Sequence record: MG765279.2
DNA length: 24,000 bases
Origin: Lactobacillus phage Semele
Direction: 5' to 3' (one strand)
The notes below the pieces were generated by a model that was given only the letters and a program-made list of their open reading frames with translations, was not told where the DNA came from and made no database searches. Of this stretch, positions 1 through 9,302 are shown one piece after another. Every line of letters begins with the position of its first letter. Positions within the stretch are counted from its first letter, which is position 1. Both the position numbers and the translations under genes were made by a program.

Positions 1-90
1 TTCACTGTGACGACCCTAATAGGTATGCTGGTATGCTCCCTATGTGCTTGGTTTATGACTGGAGATATTTTAAGCATGTATGATATGTAA
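1..90 (+). CDS. C-terminal fragment of a gene entering from upstream (…FTVTTLIGMLVCSLCAWFMTGDILSMYDM*), possible membrane protein
   Basis: Frame 1 is open from base 1 to TAA at 88-90; hydrophobic stretch; followed directly by a terminator-like hairpin. Confidence 0.5.
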   Translation, partial: FTVTTLIGMLVCSLCAWFMTGDILSMYDM

Positions 91-96
91 GACATT

Positions 97-126
97 GAGT
101 CTATCTTAATTGATAGGCTCTTTTTT
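97..126 (+). terminator. Rho-independent terminator
   Basis: GAGTCTATC-ttaatt-GATAGGCTC followed by TTTTTT; 9 bp stem with one G.U pair. Confidence 0.75.
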
Positions 127-203
127 GATTCTATAAATTTCTTATATTAAAGGTGAAAAGTAGTACAATTAAGTCATATAAATAAACGTTAGGATGCGAT
201 TAA

Positions 204-839
204 ATGAACGGTTCTGGAGCGCATAAAAAGGGTTCAAATTTTGAAAGAGATGTAGCTAAGGAGTTTACTAAGTGGTCTGGGGTTAAGTTTAATAGAACGT
301 TTGCTTCTGGTGCTCAGGGAGACAAGTTTTCTAGTGACGTGCGGGTTACAGGCGACTTATTTGCACCAGTAGACTATAACTTTCCATTTAGTGTAGAATG
401 CAAATTTCATGATGATTTCAATTTAAGGAATGTATTTATCAACGGCTCTGTTGTACAGCTATTTCTAAAACAGAATGTTAGTGATGCAAGACGTAGCAAT
501 CGAGCTCCGATGCTAGTAGCTAAGGTATCTAGGCAGGATACATATGTTGTTCTTCCTTATACTGAGAATTTAGAAAACCTACTAATAACCAAGCAGGCAC
601 CATATTTCTTTAGACGCATGTACTATCAAGATGACATGACTAAAAGGGTTTATAAGTTTGATATGATTATTACAAATTTAAACTCTTTATTACTAGCAAC
701 GCCTAGTGAACTATGGGAATGGTATAATGATTTAGACTGGAATTATCTTAATGAAGACACCAATATTAGAGAGACCAATACTGATGTTGACAAACTAATA
801 GGTCAGGTCAAAGGAGACTTAATTAAACATGGCGAATAA
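204..839 (+). CDS. Putative nuclease, Holliday-junction-resolvase/PDDEXK-like
   Basis: ORF of 211 aa; N-term KKGSNFERDVAKEFTKW…GDLFAP…FSVECKFHDDF resembles the E…D…ExK arrangement of phage resolvase-like nucleases. Confidence 0.5.
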   Translation: MNGSGAHKKGSNFERDVAKEFTKWSGVKFNRTFASGAQGDKFSSDVRVTGDLFAPVDYNFPFSVECKFHDDFNLRNVFINGSVVQLFLKQNVSDARRSNRAPMLVAKVSRQDTYVVLPYTENLENLLITKQAPYFFRRMYYQDDMTKRVYKFDMIITNLNSLLLATPSELWEWYNDLDWNYLNEDTNIRETNTDVDKLIGQVKGDLIKHGE

Positions 840-1047
840 ATTAAATGATAATGTAATTGAAGTAACTAAGAACGGTAATACTTATTATGCTGAATCGGAA
901 AGAATAAGTATTACACTAGAAGCAGAGGATGAAAGAATCTTTCAAGTAACTCAGGTAAGTATAAAGGATTATTTGTACCCGAGTGATGTAAGTAAGTCAA
1001 TCAAGCACGCAGTTAGATTAGCAACAAAACTGCAAAATACAGATTAA
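829..1047 (+). CDS. Hypothetical protein (72 aa)
   Basis: ORF overlapping the end of the previous gene, typical of phage translational coupling. Confidence 0.6.
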   Translation: MANKLNDNVIEVTKNGNTYYAESERISITLEAEDERIFQVTQVSIKDYLYPSDVSKSIKHAVRLATKLQNTD

Positions 1048-1061
1048 GGGAATGTAAGAAT

Positions 1062-1688
1062 ATGAGACTAGTTGAAAATTTAAATATTAATAATACGTTT
1101 AGGGCCTTAAATTTAAATACCTATATAGACCCGCATGAAGAAAAAGTAGTTAGAGTAACACAAGAGAACGAAGATAAGATTAGGTCAATCCTAAAGGAGA
1201 ATGAAGGAGAAGGATATCTGTTTATCATAGACGCTTCTAGTTCTCAGCCGGGGGTTATAAATGATGTATATCGTTCTAAAGCTTACATTAATATAATGGT
1301 AGAGCGTGTATTGCCTATTCCAATGTTATTTGCTCTAGGTAGTAATAGAAGAGCCAAAGTTATCTATAAGTACCATGAAGGGTACACTAGAGAAGAGTTA
1401 ACTAATATGGATACAGTTTCAGAAGTAGTTAAAACTTGTGTGATGGTGACAGCTGATGGTGAAAGCATCCCAAATATTAGCAAAATGTTATTCAACATGA
1501 ACGACCTTAGGTATATAATTGATAGAGTATACTTTAACCTTGAAGAAACTAGCAAGCAGAAGAAAATGAAACTGTTTAAAGGAACTCATGAAGTTTTAGC
1601 ACGTTGGAAGATTCAGTTGTATATCAAATGTAAGTCAGAGGAGGAGCGCCAGTCAATTTTGGAAGAGGGTGTTCTAATTGGTAGCTAA
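1062..1688 (+). CDS. Hypothetical phage protein (208 aa)
   Basis: Intact ORF overlapping the next gene by 11 nt. Confidence 0.7.
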   Translation: MRLVENLNINNTFRALNLNTYIDPHEEKVVRVTQENEDKIRSILKENEGEGYLFIIDASSSQPGVINDVYRSKAYINIMVERVLPIPMLFALGSNRRAKVIYKYHEGYTREELTNMDTVSEVVKTCVMVTADGESIPNISKMLFNMNDLRYIIDRVYFNLEETSKQKKMKLFKGTHEVLARWKIQLYIKCKSEEERQSILEEGVLIGS

Positions 1689-1998
1689 AAAGACTATTAA
1701 TCGGGACGACCTAGCTAGAGAATTGCACAACCGGTACCCCGAATTTTTGATGAGGGATATAAAATTACTGATTGAAGAATTAGAAGTAATAGTGGCTGAC
1801 GAAGTAGACTCTGGTAACAAAGTTAAGCTTGGCAAGTTGCTGGAACTAGAATCACAAACAAAAGCCAGCAGAAGGCACTATGATGGTATTGACAAGATTC
1901 ATGGTGGCAAAGGTAAATATGTTGAGATTCCAGCTAGGAAAAGGGTAAAGTACACCCCTATGAAGTTGTTGAAAGATATACAGAATAAACCAGTTTAG
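1678..1998 (+). CDS. HU/IHF-like DNA-binding protein
   Basis: 106 aa; INRDDLARELHNRYPEFLMRDIKLLIEELEVIVADEVDSGNKVKLGKLLELE… matches the HU/IHF pattern of helical N-term followed by G.V.l..fG-like strand. Confidence 0.55.
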   Translation: MVAKKTINRDDLARELHNRYPEFLMRDIKLLIEELEVIVADEVDSGNKVKLGKLLELESQTKASRRHYDGIDKIHGGKGKYVEIPARKRVKYTPMKLLKDIQNKPV

Positions 1999-2012
1999 GA
2001 GGTTTAATTAAT

Positions 2013-3512
2013 TTGGCAGACTATAGTGAATTAAAAAACAAGTTTAAAACAGGTGATATCCCGTCAGGAAGCGATTATGGTGAACTAATCCAGTTAGCCG
2101 GGGATGCCAAGGATAAAGCAGATAGTTCTGTTACGGATAATCATGATGGTACTATTACAGTTAACGAAAAAAAGTATAAGCCCGTTGAGGACAATCATGA
2201 TGGTACTATTACAGTTAATGGCAAGCAGTATAAGCCTGTAGAAGACAACAATGATAATACTATCACTGTAAATGGAAGCACATTTGCCCCAGTAAAGGAT
2301 AATCAGAACGGTACTATTACAGTTAACACCCAAACTTATGAACCCGTAAAAAAATCAGACTATGTAAACGACAAACAAGACTTTGTGGTAAAAAGTCAGC
2401 TGTCAATACCACAGACAAGTTTTATGGATATTGGAACTATCCCAGGGGGCATGAAAGCAGGTATTGAAGATTTTGTTTCAAGGATAGACAACACAAAGTT
2501 TAATATGCTATGGCTTTCTGATTCTCATTATGAAAATCTAATTGACCCAACAGTGATTGGTTCTTACCAGTATGGTGGAAGATACGCATTAAATCATGCC
2601 GCAATTGCTGAGTATATTTCTAACTATGTTGACGTAGTAATTGCTGGTGGAGACAATACAAACGGTATTGATGATGACTTGCAACATAGTATATCAGATT
2701 CTTATCTTTATTCATCTAGGCTAATAGTATCACCAACAGATAGTGACAAATTCTTACTTCTTGGAAACCATGATGATGGTTCCCCAATAGCTGCTCAAAA
2801 TATTTCTGTTTATCCAGATATGGTAATGACAAACAGTGACTTTGAAAATGCTTTTATGACCAATGATTTGAATTTTGGTGAAGTTAGAAATAATGGTAGT
2901 CTATATTTTTATAAGGATTATCCAGACAGCAAAATACGGGTTATAGGTCTTAATTCACTAGATATACCTTATACTATGACAAACCATGACGGAACCTCTA
3001 AGTACACAAGATGGTTAGACTATGCTTATAATCAAGAACAGTTGGATTGGGTTGCTAACACTGCACTAAAAGTTCCTAGTGGTTATGGGGTTATCTTTTG
3101 TACACACGTTCCTTTGACTCATGGTTACTCTCCAATATCAAAGGTTTCATATCATAATTTTGATGTATTTGAAAATTTGATGAATTTATTTTCAAAAGGG
3201 TTAGATAGCTCTTTAGCTTCACCATCAGGTACGCCTGATGAGTTTAAGGTGAATATAAATGCTAGTTTTAGCAGTCAGGGGCCAAGAGATATCATTGGAA
3301 TATATGGGGGTCATGTTCACTCTGAAAGCATGTCAAAATTGGCCAATTTTACTCAATTAATATTTCTGGCTGATGTTAATAATGCTAGTCAAAACATAGG
3401 AACTATAAATGAACTTGGAATGGCTGTAATACAGGTAGATGTATCTACTAAGAAAGTTAGTGTTCTCGGCCTAGGTAGGTCAACAGACAGAAGCTATACT
3501 TATGGAGGGTGA
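2013..3512 (+). CDS. Tail-associated metallophosphoesterase (calcineurin-like) with N-terminal tandem repeats
   Basis: 499 aa with metallophosphatase motifs WLSDSHY, GGDNTNG, LLGNHDDG, FCTHVPL, YGGHVHSE; four N-terminal DNxxGTITVNxxxYxPV repeats. Confidence 0.75.
   Translation: MADYSELKNKFKTGDIPSGSDYGELIQLAGDAKDKADSSVTDNHDGTITVNEKKYKPVEDNHDGTITVNGKQYKPVEDNNDNTITVNGSTFAPVKDNQNGTITVNTQTYEPVKKSDYVNDKQDFVVKSQLSIPQTSFMDIGTIPGGMKAGIEDFVSRIDNTKFNMLWLSDSHYENLIDPTVIGSYQYGGRYALNHAAIAEYISNYVDVVIAGGDNTNGIDDDLQHSISDSYLYSSRLIVSPTDSDKFLLLGNHDDGSPIAAQNISVYPDMVMTNSDFENAFMTNDLNFGEVRNNGSLYFYKDYPDSKIRVIGLNSLDIPYTMTNHDGTSKYTRWLDYAYNQEQLDWVANTALKVPSGYGVIFCTHVPLTHGYSPISKVSYHNFDVFENLMNLFSKGLDSSLASPSGTPDEFKVNINASFSSQGPRDIIGIYGGHVHSESMSKLANFTQLIFLADVNNASQNIGTINELGMAVIQVDVSTKKVSVLGLGRSTDRSYTYGG
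2136..2351 (+). repeat. Four tandem 54-bp coding repeats (18 aa: DNHDGTITVNGKQYKPVE)
   Basis: DNHDGTITVNEKKYKPVE / DNHDGTITVNGKQYKPVE / DNNDNTITVNGSTFAPVK / DNQNGTITVNTQTYEPVK, read directly. Confidence 0.9.
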
Positions 3513-4273
3513 TGAATAGTATGAATGACAAAGAGAGACTTAGTCTAACATCCAGAAAAGCCAACAAAGCACTTGCACTTTTAATACCAGCAACTAGTCA
3601 ACAAGATGGACTGATGACGGCTGAGGTTTTAAATAATATTAACCAAATTTATAAAGGGCGAAAGGTTGTTCCTGCTAACACAGCTATCACATCATTATTG
3701 CCAGGATTCTATCTTGCTCCATCTACACTTACAGGAGTTCCGACAATTACACAAGAACCAACTCCGTATGCTTGGTTTGTTGATGTGACGGTTTCATATA
3801 ATAATTCTAAAGTCATCGTCTTAACCAATTTGGCTTCTAGTCGTATGTTCAAAAAGGTATTCCCACCTGCAGAAACTAACAATAATCCTGCAAGTTGGCA
3901 AATGTTACAATCCGAAACGCCACTTTGGGAGGGAACTCTAAATCCTGTTGTTGGAACCCCAATCAATCTATCCGATAATATTGCTAACTACCAAGCATTA
4001 ATATTCTATTGCAGGTATGCTTCCTTAACAGGTGTTGCCGTCAGAGTAGAAAATGTTGCTGTTGGCAGTAGTTATGAAATAGCACTGCAACACGTATCAG
4101 ATGAATCCACAGATTGTTCAGTTAAGTTTATAAAGTTCAATGTTACGGTGAATGCCAAAAGTCTGTCTGTGATATCCACAAAAGTCATCAACGCCGATTT
4201 ATCAAAAGGTACAGCCTTGGCTGGGACTGATTTGTCAGGCCTTAATGTTTTTAAAATTACTGGTGTTAAGTAG
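3509..4273 (+). CDS. Putative tail/receptor-binding associated protein (254 aa)
   Basis: ORF overlapping the stop of the phosphoesterase gene; beta-rich composition; position suggests a virion accessory protein. Confidence 0.5.
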   Translation: MMNSMNDKERLSLTSRKANKALALLIPATSQQDGLMTAEVLNNINQIYKGRKVVPANTAITSLLPGFYLAPSTLTGVPTITQEPTPYAWFVDVTVSYNNSKVIVLTNLASSRMFKKVFPPAETNNNPASWQMLQSETPLWEGTLNPVVGTPINLSDNIANYQALIFYCRYASLTGVAVRVENVAVGSSYEIALQHVSDESTDCSVKFIKFNVTVNAKSLSVISTKVINADLSKGTALAGTDLSGLNVFKITGVK

Positions 4274-4333
4274 GAGAGCATCTGATAAAAATTTAAATAA
4301 AAACCAATTTTGGTTTTGGAAAGCATTAGAAAC

Positions 4334-4492
4334 ATGTGGAATTGGCGCAATGTTTATTATCCAGTAAGACAATCACTATTAATGCATTTCGATGGCCCGT
4401 CATTTATATTTCTAATGGGGGTTGTTGGAACATCTCAGATTGGCACAGACTTATCCAGAGTTTATACTACTAGAATCATGGGACTAAAATAA
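4334..4492 (+). pseudogene. Short ORF, possible remnant of a duplicated tail-protein C-terminus
   Basis: C-term GTSQIGTDLSRVYTTRIMGLK* resembles the upstream protein end GTALAGTDLSGLNVFKITGVK*; no convincing ribosome binding site. Confidence 0.3.
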
Positions 4493-4496
4493 AGTA

Positions 4497-4525
4497 TTGA
4501 CAAAGCATACCATTTCTGGTATGCT
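4497..4525 (+). promoter_or_regulatory. Sigma-A-like promoter
   Basis: TTGACA (4497-4502), 17 nt, TATGCT (4520-4525) with extended TG; upstream of a strong SD (GAGGAGGTG). Confidence 0.65.
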
Positions 4526-4530
4526 TTTAT
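4502..4530 (+). terminator. Hairpin plus T-rich tract overlapping a promoter
   Basis: AAAGCATACCA-tttc-TGGTATGCTTT, 11-bp perfect stem, then TATTAT. Confidence 0.6.
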
Positions 4531-4558
4531 TATAGAATGAATGAGAGGAGGTGAAATA

Positions 4559-4858
4559 ATGACTAAATCACTTAATTTAGACAAAATATTTAAAAGCATG
4601 AATGATGACTGGCTATTTGTGAACTCACATGCTGAGGACTTTGTTACACTAATTTTATATGACACAGAGAACTATATGATTGTTGGGCGCACTAATGATA
4701 TTATTACTGTGGATGATGCTGACAAGGACTATGTACAGGATTATCAAAACAAATTTGATGACCTTTATGAAGAACAAACAGGCCATGAAAATTCACAATA
4801 TGAATTTAAATTGGTTCCAGTTGGCATCACCTCAGTTGCTCTAAAATATGATTTATAA
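4559..4858 (+). CDS. Hypothetical acidic protein (99 aa)
   Basis: ATG at 4559 preceded by GAGGAGGTG; the track start at 4541 lies upstream of that SD. Confidence 0.7.
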   Translation: MTKSLNLDKIFKSMNDDWLFVNSHAEDFVTLILYDTENYMIVGRTNDIITVDDADKDYVQDYQNKFDDLYEEQTGHENSQYEFKLVPVGITSVALKYDL

Positions 4859-4879
4859 TAAATTATAAAGTAATTTGCA

Positions 4880-4907
4880 TTGACAAGCATAAAAAGTATG
4901 CTATAAT
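4880..4907 (+). promoter_or_regulatory. Sigma-A-like promoter for the DNA polymerase gene
   Basis: TTGACA (4880-4885), 16 nt, TATAAT (4902-4907) with extended TG. Confidence 0.8.
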
Positions 4908-4965
4908 AAGCATATTAGCGAAAACCAAGCTAATAAATAAAAACTATGTATCAGGCCGTTTAAAG

Positions 4966-6948
4966 GTGCGGAAGATACAGAAAGTAGGTAATTTAATGGT
5001 TAAAGTAATGGCGGTACTAGAGTTTCCTAGAGTATCTTATTTCAAGAAATCTACTAATGGAGAGTATGATTTTAATTTTATGTCTACTAGGGCTGGGAAG
5101 CTACTAAATAAGACATTGACTGCTCCTAGAGCAGGATTAGGACTTGATTTAAAAGATGTTGATATAGAATTTGCATATGATTCTATTCCAAAAGTATACA
5201 AAGACAATAGCTATGCACCTATCTCAATGAAGTCAGGGAAAGATTCTTTTAATAGACTAAAATCAAAAATTTCAGAATCAAAGCCAGACTTAGTATTGGC
5301 TTTTGGTGATACGTCATGCTTGGCGTTATTGGGAAAGAAGGGTGTTAGTGGTCTGAGAGGGCATCCTTATGAAATCACAGTAGACGATTCTACGTATACT
5401 GTTTTTCCAATGCTCAACCCAGAGGACATTTTGTCGTCACCCAACAAAGAGTTAATGCTAAAGATTGACATTAATTTGGTCAAAAGATTTTTAAAGGGTG
5501 GAAAAGAAGCCCTAAAGCCCAATGTTGGAAAATACGAACTAGTGGAAGACTTTTCTAGAGTTAAAAATATATTTACTAATATTTTGGGGTTGCCTCCGTT
5601 AAGTAAGCCTAAATACAATATTGTAGCGGTTGATACCGAAACAAATACCTTGGAGACATGGAACAAAGGTGCTAAGCCAATTATTTTATCACTATCTTGG
5701 AAAGAACACCAAGGCGTATGTATTCCTTTAAAGCACAAACTAGCACCTAATTTATGGACTGATGAGCAGTTTAGTAAGATTAAGCAATGGATACTTGATT
5801 TGTTTGAAGCTGACCAGTGGAAAGTATTACACAATGGTAAGTATGATATCAGAATGTTAATGGATACTTATGGATTGAAGCACGCTCGTAAGTGTGTTGA
5901 TACACTGATTATGTTTTGGATTAGTGTAATTGAAGAAAAGTCAGTTAACAAGGGTTTAAAGGACTTGGCTTGGTTATACACAGATATGGGTGGCTACGAA
6001 GAACCCTTAGATGACTTCAAGAAAGAGTATTTGAAAAATGATTATGAGCTTTGGTATAAAAATGAAGAACAGCGTTTAATTGAGGATGCTAAAAACAATC
6101 CGCTAAAGAGTGGGAAACCGCGAACTCCTAAGAAACCAGCAAAGTCTAATTATCCGGGACTTGTTAACGAAATTGATGGTAGCAAATTTAACTATGAGTG
6201 GATTCCTTTAAATATTATTTATCCGTATGCTGCTGGTGACACTGATGTTTGTTTACGGATTTATAATAAATTATTTGAAAAGGTTAAAAGCAACCCTAAT
6301 TGGGTAAATTTAGTGTTCAATGTGTATCCTAAGCTAGATGATGCCTTATGCCATATGGAGCATAACGGTTTACAAATTGACAATGACAAAGCCAAAGAGC
6401 TGGCTAAGGCTTATGGTGACCGTAAAGAAAACACCTTGAATGCTATTCATAAGATGGTTCCAGAGATTAAGCAGGTAGAGCAAGAACGAATTGATAACCT
6501 AGCTAAGCGAGCTAAATTAATGGCAAGTGTTAAGCCTAAGGATAGAACTGAGGAAGATAAAGCTTTCATCAAAGAGGCTGGTAAGTACAACGGTAACAAC
6601 CCTAAGACTGGTGAGCCAAAGTATAAAGTTAATTTAGACTCGAATAACGACCTTGGATATATTCTGTATGAAGTATTGGGGTATACCTTACCACCAGAAC
6701 CAAACTTTCTAACTGATACTACTGTTAAGCACCGTATTCCACAAGATAAGCTAACTTATAAAAACTATCGAGTTAATATCGAGGCTATTGAGTATATTCG
6801 TGATAACTATGATAAGAAGCTAGGTGAGTTGCTAGTAACGTATAGTAAGACTGTTACTGCCTTATCAGGTTTTGTGCTTAAGTTGCCAGCATTACAAGAC
6901 CCTAATGGGAGAATCCATACTAGGTTTAACCCAACTGGAACAGTGACC
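4966..6948 (+). CDS. DNA polymerase family A, exon 1 (UDG-like N-term, 3'-5' exonuclease, start of polymerase domain)
   Basis: Exo motifs VAVDTETNTLE, VLHNGKYDIRML, YAAGDTDVCLRIY; reading frame runs to NPTGTVT where the conserved T-x-RLSS motif is interrupted. True start may be ATG 4996 rather than GTG 4966. Confidence 0.85.
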
Positions 6949-8237
6949 TTAACCAACAGATAATCAATGGGGCCACTTTAATACGCAGTGAACCTATAAA
7001 TATAGGGTGTGAATATTACTATACTAGGTAAGTAGGAAATGACTTTTAAAATATTTGCTAACAGGGGAACCTTTAACATGGCAATCCTGTGGAATTTGTG
7101 GTATCATAGAGAAAAATAATAGGAGGATGTTCTCTATGATAAAATTTAGTAAGAAAGAAAAATCGCATAGAAATAAAGAGTACCGGAAGTTATATGCTGT
7201 ATGGCACCATATGATGGTTAGGTGTTATAACCCAAAGGATAAGGAGTATGGTTCATATGGGGGTTCCGGTGTGACTGTTGCTAAGGAATGGAAAACATTT
7301 GATGGGTTCTGTTTGCATCTTGATAGTATAGATGGATGGGACCTAGATAAGTTTATGAACTCTGAAATACAACTAGATAAGGACTACAAGGCTGTTGGTA
7401 ACAAAGTTTACTCAGAAAAAACGTGCGCTTGGGTATCACCAGAAGTTAATAAGAAGCTGAGGCCAAACCTAATGAAGCCCTTTATAATAATATTTCCAGA
7501 TGGTAAAATGTCAGATGTTATCTATAACAAACGCCAAGCACAAAGAGAGTATAGTATAACTAGTGAAACGTTGGAAAACCTATTAAAAGGTACCTTGGAG
7601 TATTCACTCTATGGACTACAGGCGGTATACCTGTCTAAAGTAAGAGAGCGAAAATTACCTAAGACGGTGTATTGTAGAACCCCAGAAGGTGTTGATTATG
7701 CCTACTATTCTAAATGGGATGCATTTAACAAGATAAATGGTATAAGTCCAAGGTATATCAACGAGTGTCTAGTTGGCAGATTTAGCAGTTCACATGGATA
7801 TCAGATAACATACAACCCTAGTACCTTAGTAGACCCAACAAGTATTCAATACAACAGAGTTAGTTCTAGCAAAGAAAATATTGGTTACTTAGTGTGTGAT
7901 ACAGTGCTAAATACAGAATACTGTATAATAGACGAAAATAAGTTTAAGGAGTATTCTGGTATTAATCCTAAAGTAGTGCACAGTAATGCAATATACTCAA
8001 AAGACAGGCAGAGAAAGCCTCATGCGAAGTTTCCAATTACTAAATTTAACAAGTTCTCTAACGACTATCGAAAAGATTCCTTATTATACAAAGGAATAAC
8101 TAAGTAGAGTACAACTAGTATGAAACTACTAGCTGGAAGCGCTGTGCAGTGTTATAATAACGCTGAAAATATAGTCTACTCCCCTAATAAATATCGGGAA
8201 ACCGAGGGTACAGCTATGGTGACATAGCTAAAATAAG
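6949..8237 (+). ncRNA. Group I intron interrupting the DNA polymerase gene (boundaries approximate)
   Basis: Exon 1 ends …NPTGTVT and exon 2 resumes RLSSSGNFNAQNLTRPE. P1 candidate GUGACCUU(6943-6950)/GGGGCCAC(6969-6976); P7 candidate AGUAGA(8103-8108)/UCUACU(8175-8180) within an AUAUAGUCUAC S-like element; GAAA-loop hairpin 8194-8205; GUGA-loop hairpin 8214-8227. Confidence 0.8.
7136..8107 (+). CDS. Intron-encoded HNH-type homing endonuclease
   Basis: ATG 7136 with AGGAGG at 7121-7126; WHHMMVRCYNPKDKEYGSYGGSGVTVAKEWKTFDGFCLHLD… typical of phage intron HNH proteins; located inside the intron. Confidence 0.75.
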   Translation: MIKFSKKEKSHRNKEYRKLYAVWHHMMVRCYNPKDKEYGSYGGSGVTVAKEWKTFDGFCLHLDSIDGWDLDKFMNSEIQLDKDYKAVGNKVYSEKTCAWVSPEVNKKLRPNLMKPFIIIFPDGKMSDVIYNKRQAQREYSITSETLENLLKGTLEYSLYGLQAVYLSKVRERKLPKTVYCRTPEGVDYAYYSKWDAFNKINGISPRYINECLVGRFSSSHGYQITYNPSTLVDPTSIQYNRVSSSKENIGYLVCDTVLNTEYCIIDENKFKEYSGINPKVVHSNAIYSKDRQRKPHAKFPITKFNKFSNDYRKDSLLYKGITK

Positions 8238-9302
8238 ACACGATTATCAAGTTCAGGAAATTTTAATGCTCAGAACCTTACTAGGCCAGAAACAGACCCA
8301 CGCAAGTTTAATCATAAGTATTCAGTTAAGTCAATGATTAATTCCCGCTTTAAGGGTGGTGTTATTGCCAATATTGACTTTAAATCACTGGAAGTATATG
8401 TAATGGCACTTATCTCTAAAGACCGGTCTTTAACACAAACATTATTAGATAACAAAGATGTTCATAAGCACAATGCTAGTGTTGCCTATGGAATCCCAGA
8501 AGAGGATGTAACTAAAGATTTACGTACAAAAGCAAAAGCCGTAACTTTTGGCCTCCTATATGGTGAGTCTGCAAGTGGTATGGCTACTAAGCAAGGCATT
8601 AGTATAGATGAAGCCCAAGAAACAATTGACAAGATTCTGGGAGCTATGCCGGGAGTTAGAGACTTCATTGAACGAACCCACGAGGAAGCTCAACGTAACT
8701 ATTATGTAGAGACTATGGTTGGCTTTAGACGGCGTTTAGGTGACTTAAAGAGTAATGACCGTGGGAAGTCATCACGAGCCCTCAGGCAGTCAGTCAATGC
8801 TATTATTCAAGGCTCTGGGTCTAGCTTGCTAGTATTGGGGTTAATTAAGGCTAGAGAGCTGTTTGAAAAATACCATATGAAGTCAGTATTAGCTATCACT
8901 GTTCATGACTCCATTGTAATTGACTGTCATCCAGACGAAGTAGCTAAAGCAATTGAGATTGTTAAGTGGAGCATGGAGCATGTAGACTTACCTATCTTAG
9001 TTAATAATGATGCTACTGGTTATAATGTACCAGAACAGTATCAGTTACCAGACAATAAGTTTAGATTCCCACTTAGGGCCGAACCAGAAGTAGGATTAAA
9101 TTATAATGACGATGTTGACTTTGACCTAGAGGACTATAATAAGTTCGCTAGCGCCTATGGATATTGCCGATATAACTATGCAATGACTAATCTAAACCAG
9201 TTAATCGAATACGAAGTTGAGCCAGAAGAGGAAGTCAATAAGAAGAAGACTAAACTTGAAGAAGCTAAGCCAGCATTTGAGAGGCTACAGTATGAAGGAT
9301 GA
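8238..9302 (+). CDS. DNA polymerase family A, exon 2 (catalytic polymerase motifs)
   Basis: Motif A IDFKSLEVYVMAL, motif B RTKAKAVTFGLLYGES, motif C VHDS; frame is open upstream of the track start at 8334 (…RLSSSGNFNAQNLTRPETDPRKFNHKYSVKS-M). Confidence 0.88.
   Translation, partial: TRLSSSGNFNAQNLTRPETDPRKFNHKYSVKSMINSRFKGGVIANIDFKSLEVYVMALISKDRSLTQTLLDNKDVHKHNASVAYGIPEEDVTKDLRTKAKAVTFGLLYGESASGMATKQGISIDEAQETIDKILGAMPGVRDFIERTHEEAQRNYYVETMVGFRRRLGDLKSNDRGKSSRALRQSVNAIIQGSGSSLLVLGLIKARELFEKYHMKSVLAITVHDSIVIDCHPDEVAKAIEIVKWSMEHVDLPILVNNDATGYNVPEQYQLPDNKFRFPLRAEPEVGLNYNDDVDFDLEDYNKFASAYGYCRYNYAMTNLNQLIEYEVEPEEEVNKKKTKLEEAKPAFERLQYEG

Noticed and set aside
2136-2351. Possible CRISPR or regulatory repeats
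   Set aside because: Contiguous 54-bp units that maintain the reading frame of the phosphoesterase; protein repeats without spacers.
5367-5834. 155-aa minus-strand ORF inside the polymerase exon
   Set aside because: Overlaps a strongly supported + strand coding region and has no recognisable domain or SD.
6949-6963. Reading the polymerase as a truncated pseudogene ending at 6963
   Set aside because: The reading frame resumes in the correct motif (RLSSS…NAQNL) after a region with group I intron-like pairings and an HNH gene; an intron explains it better.
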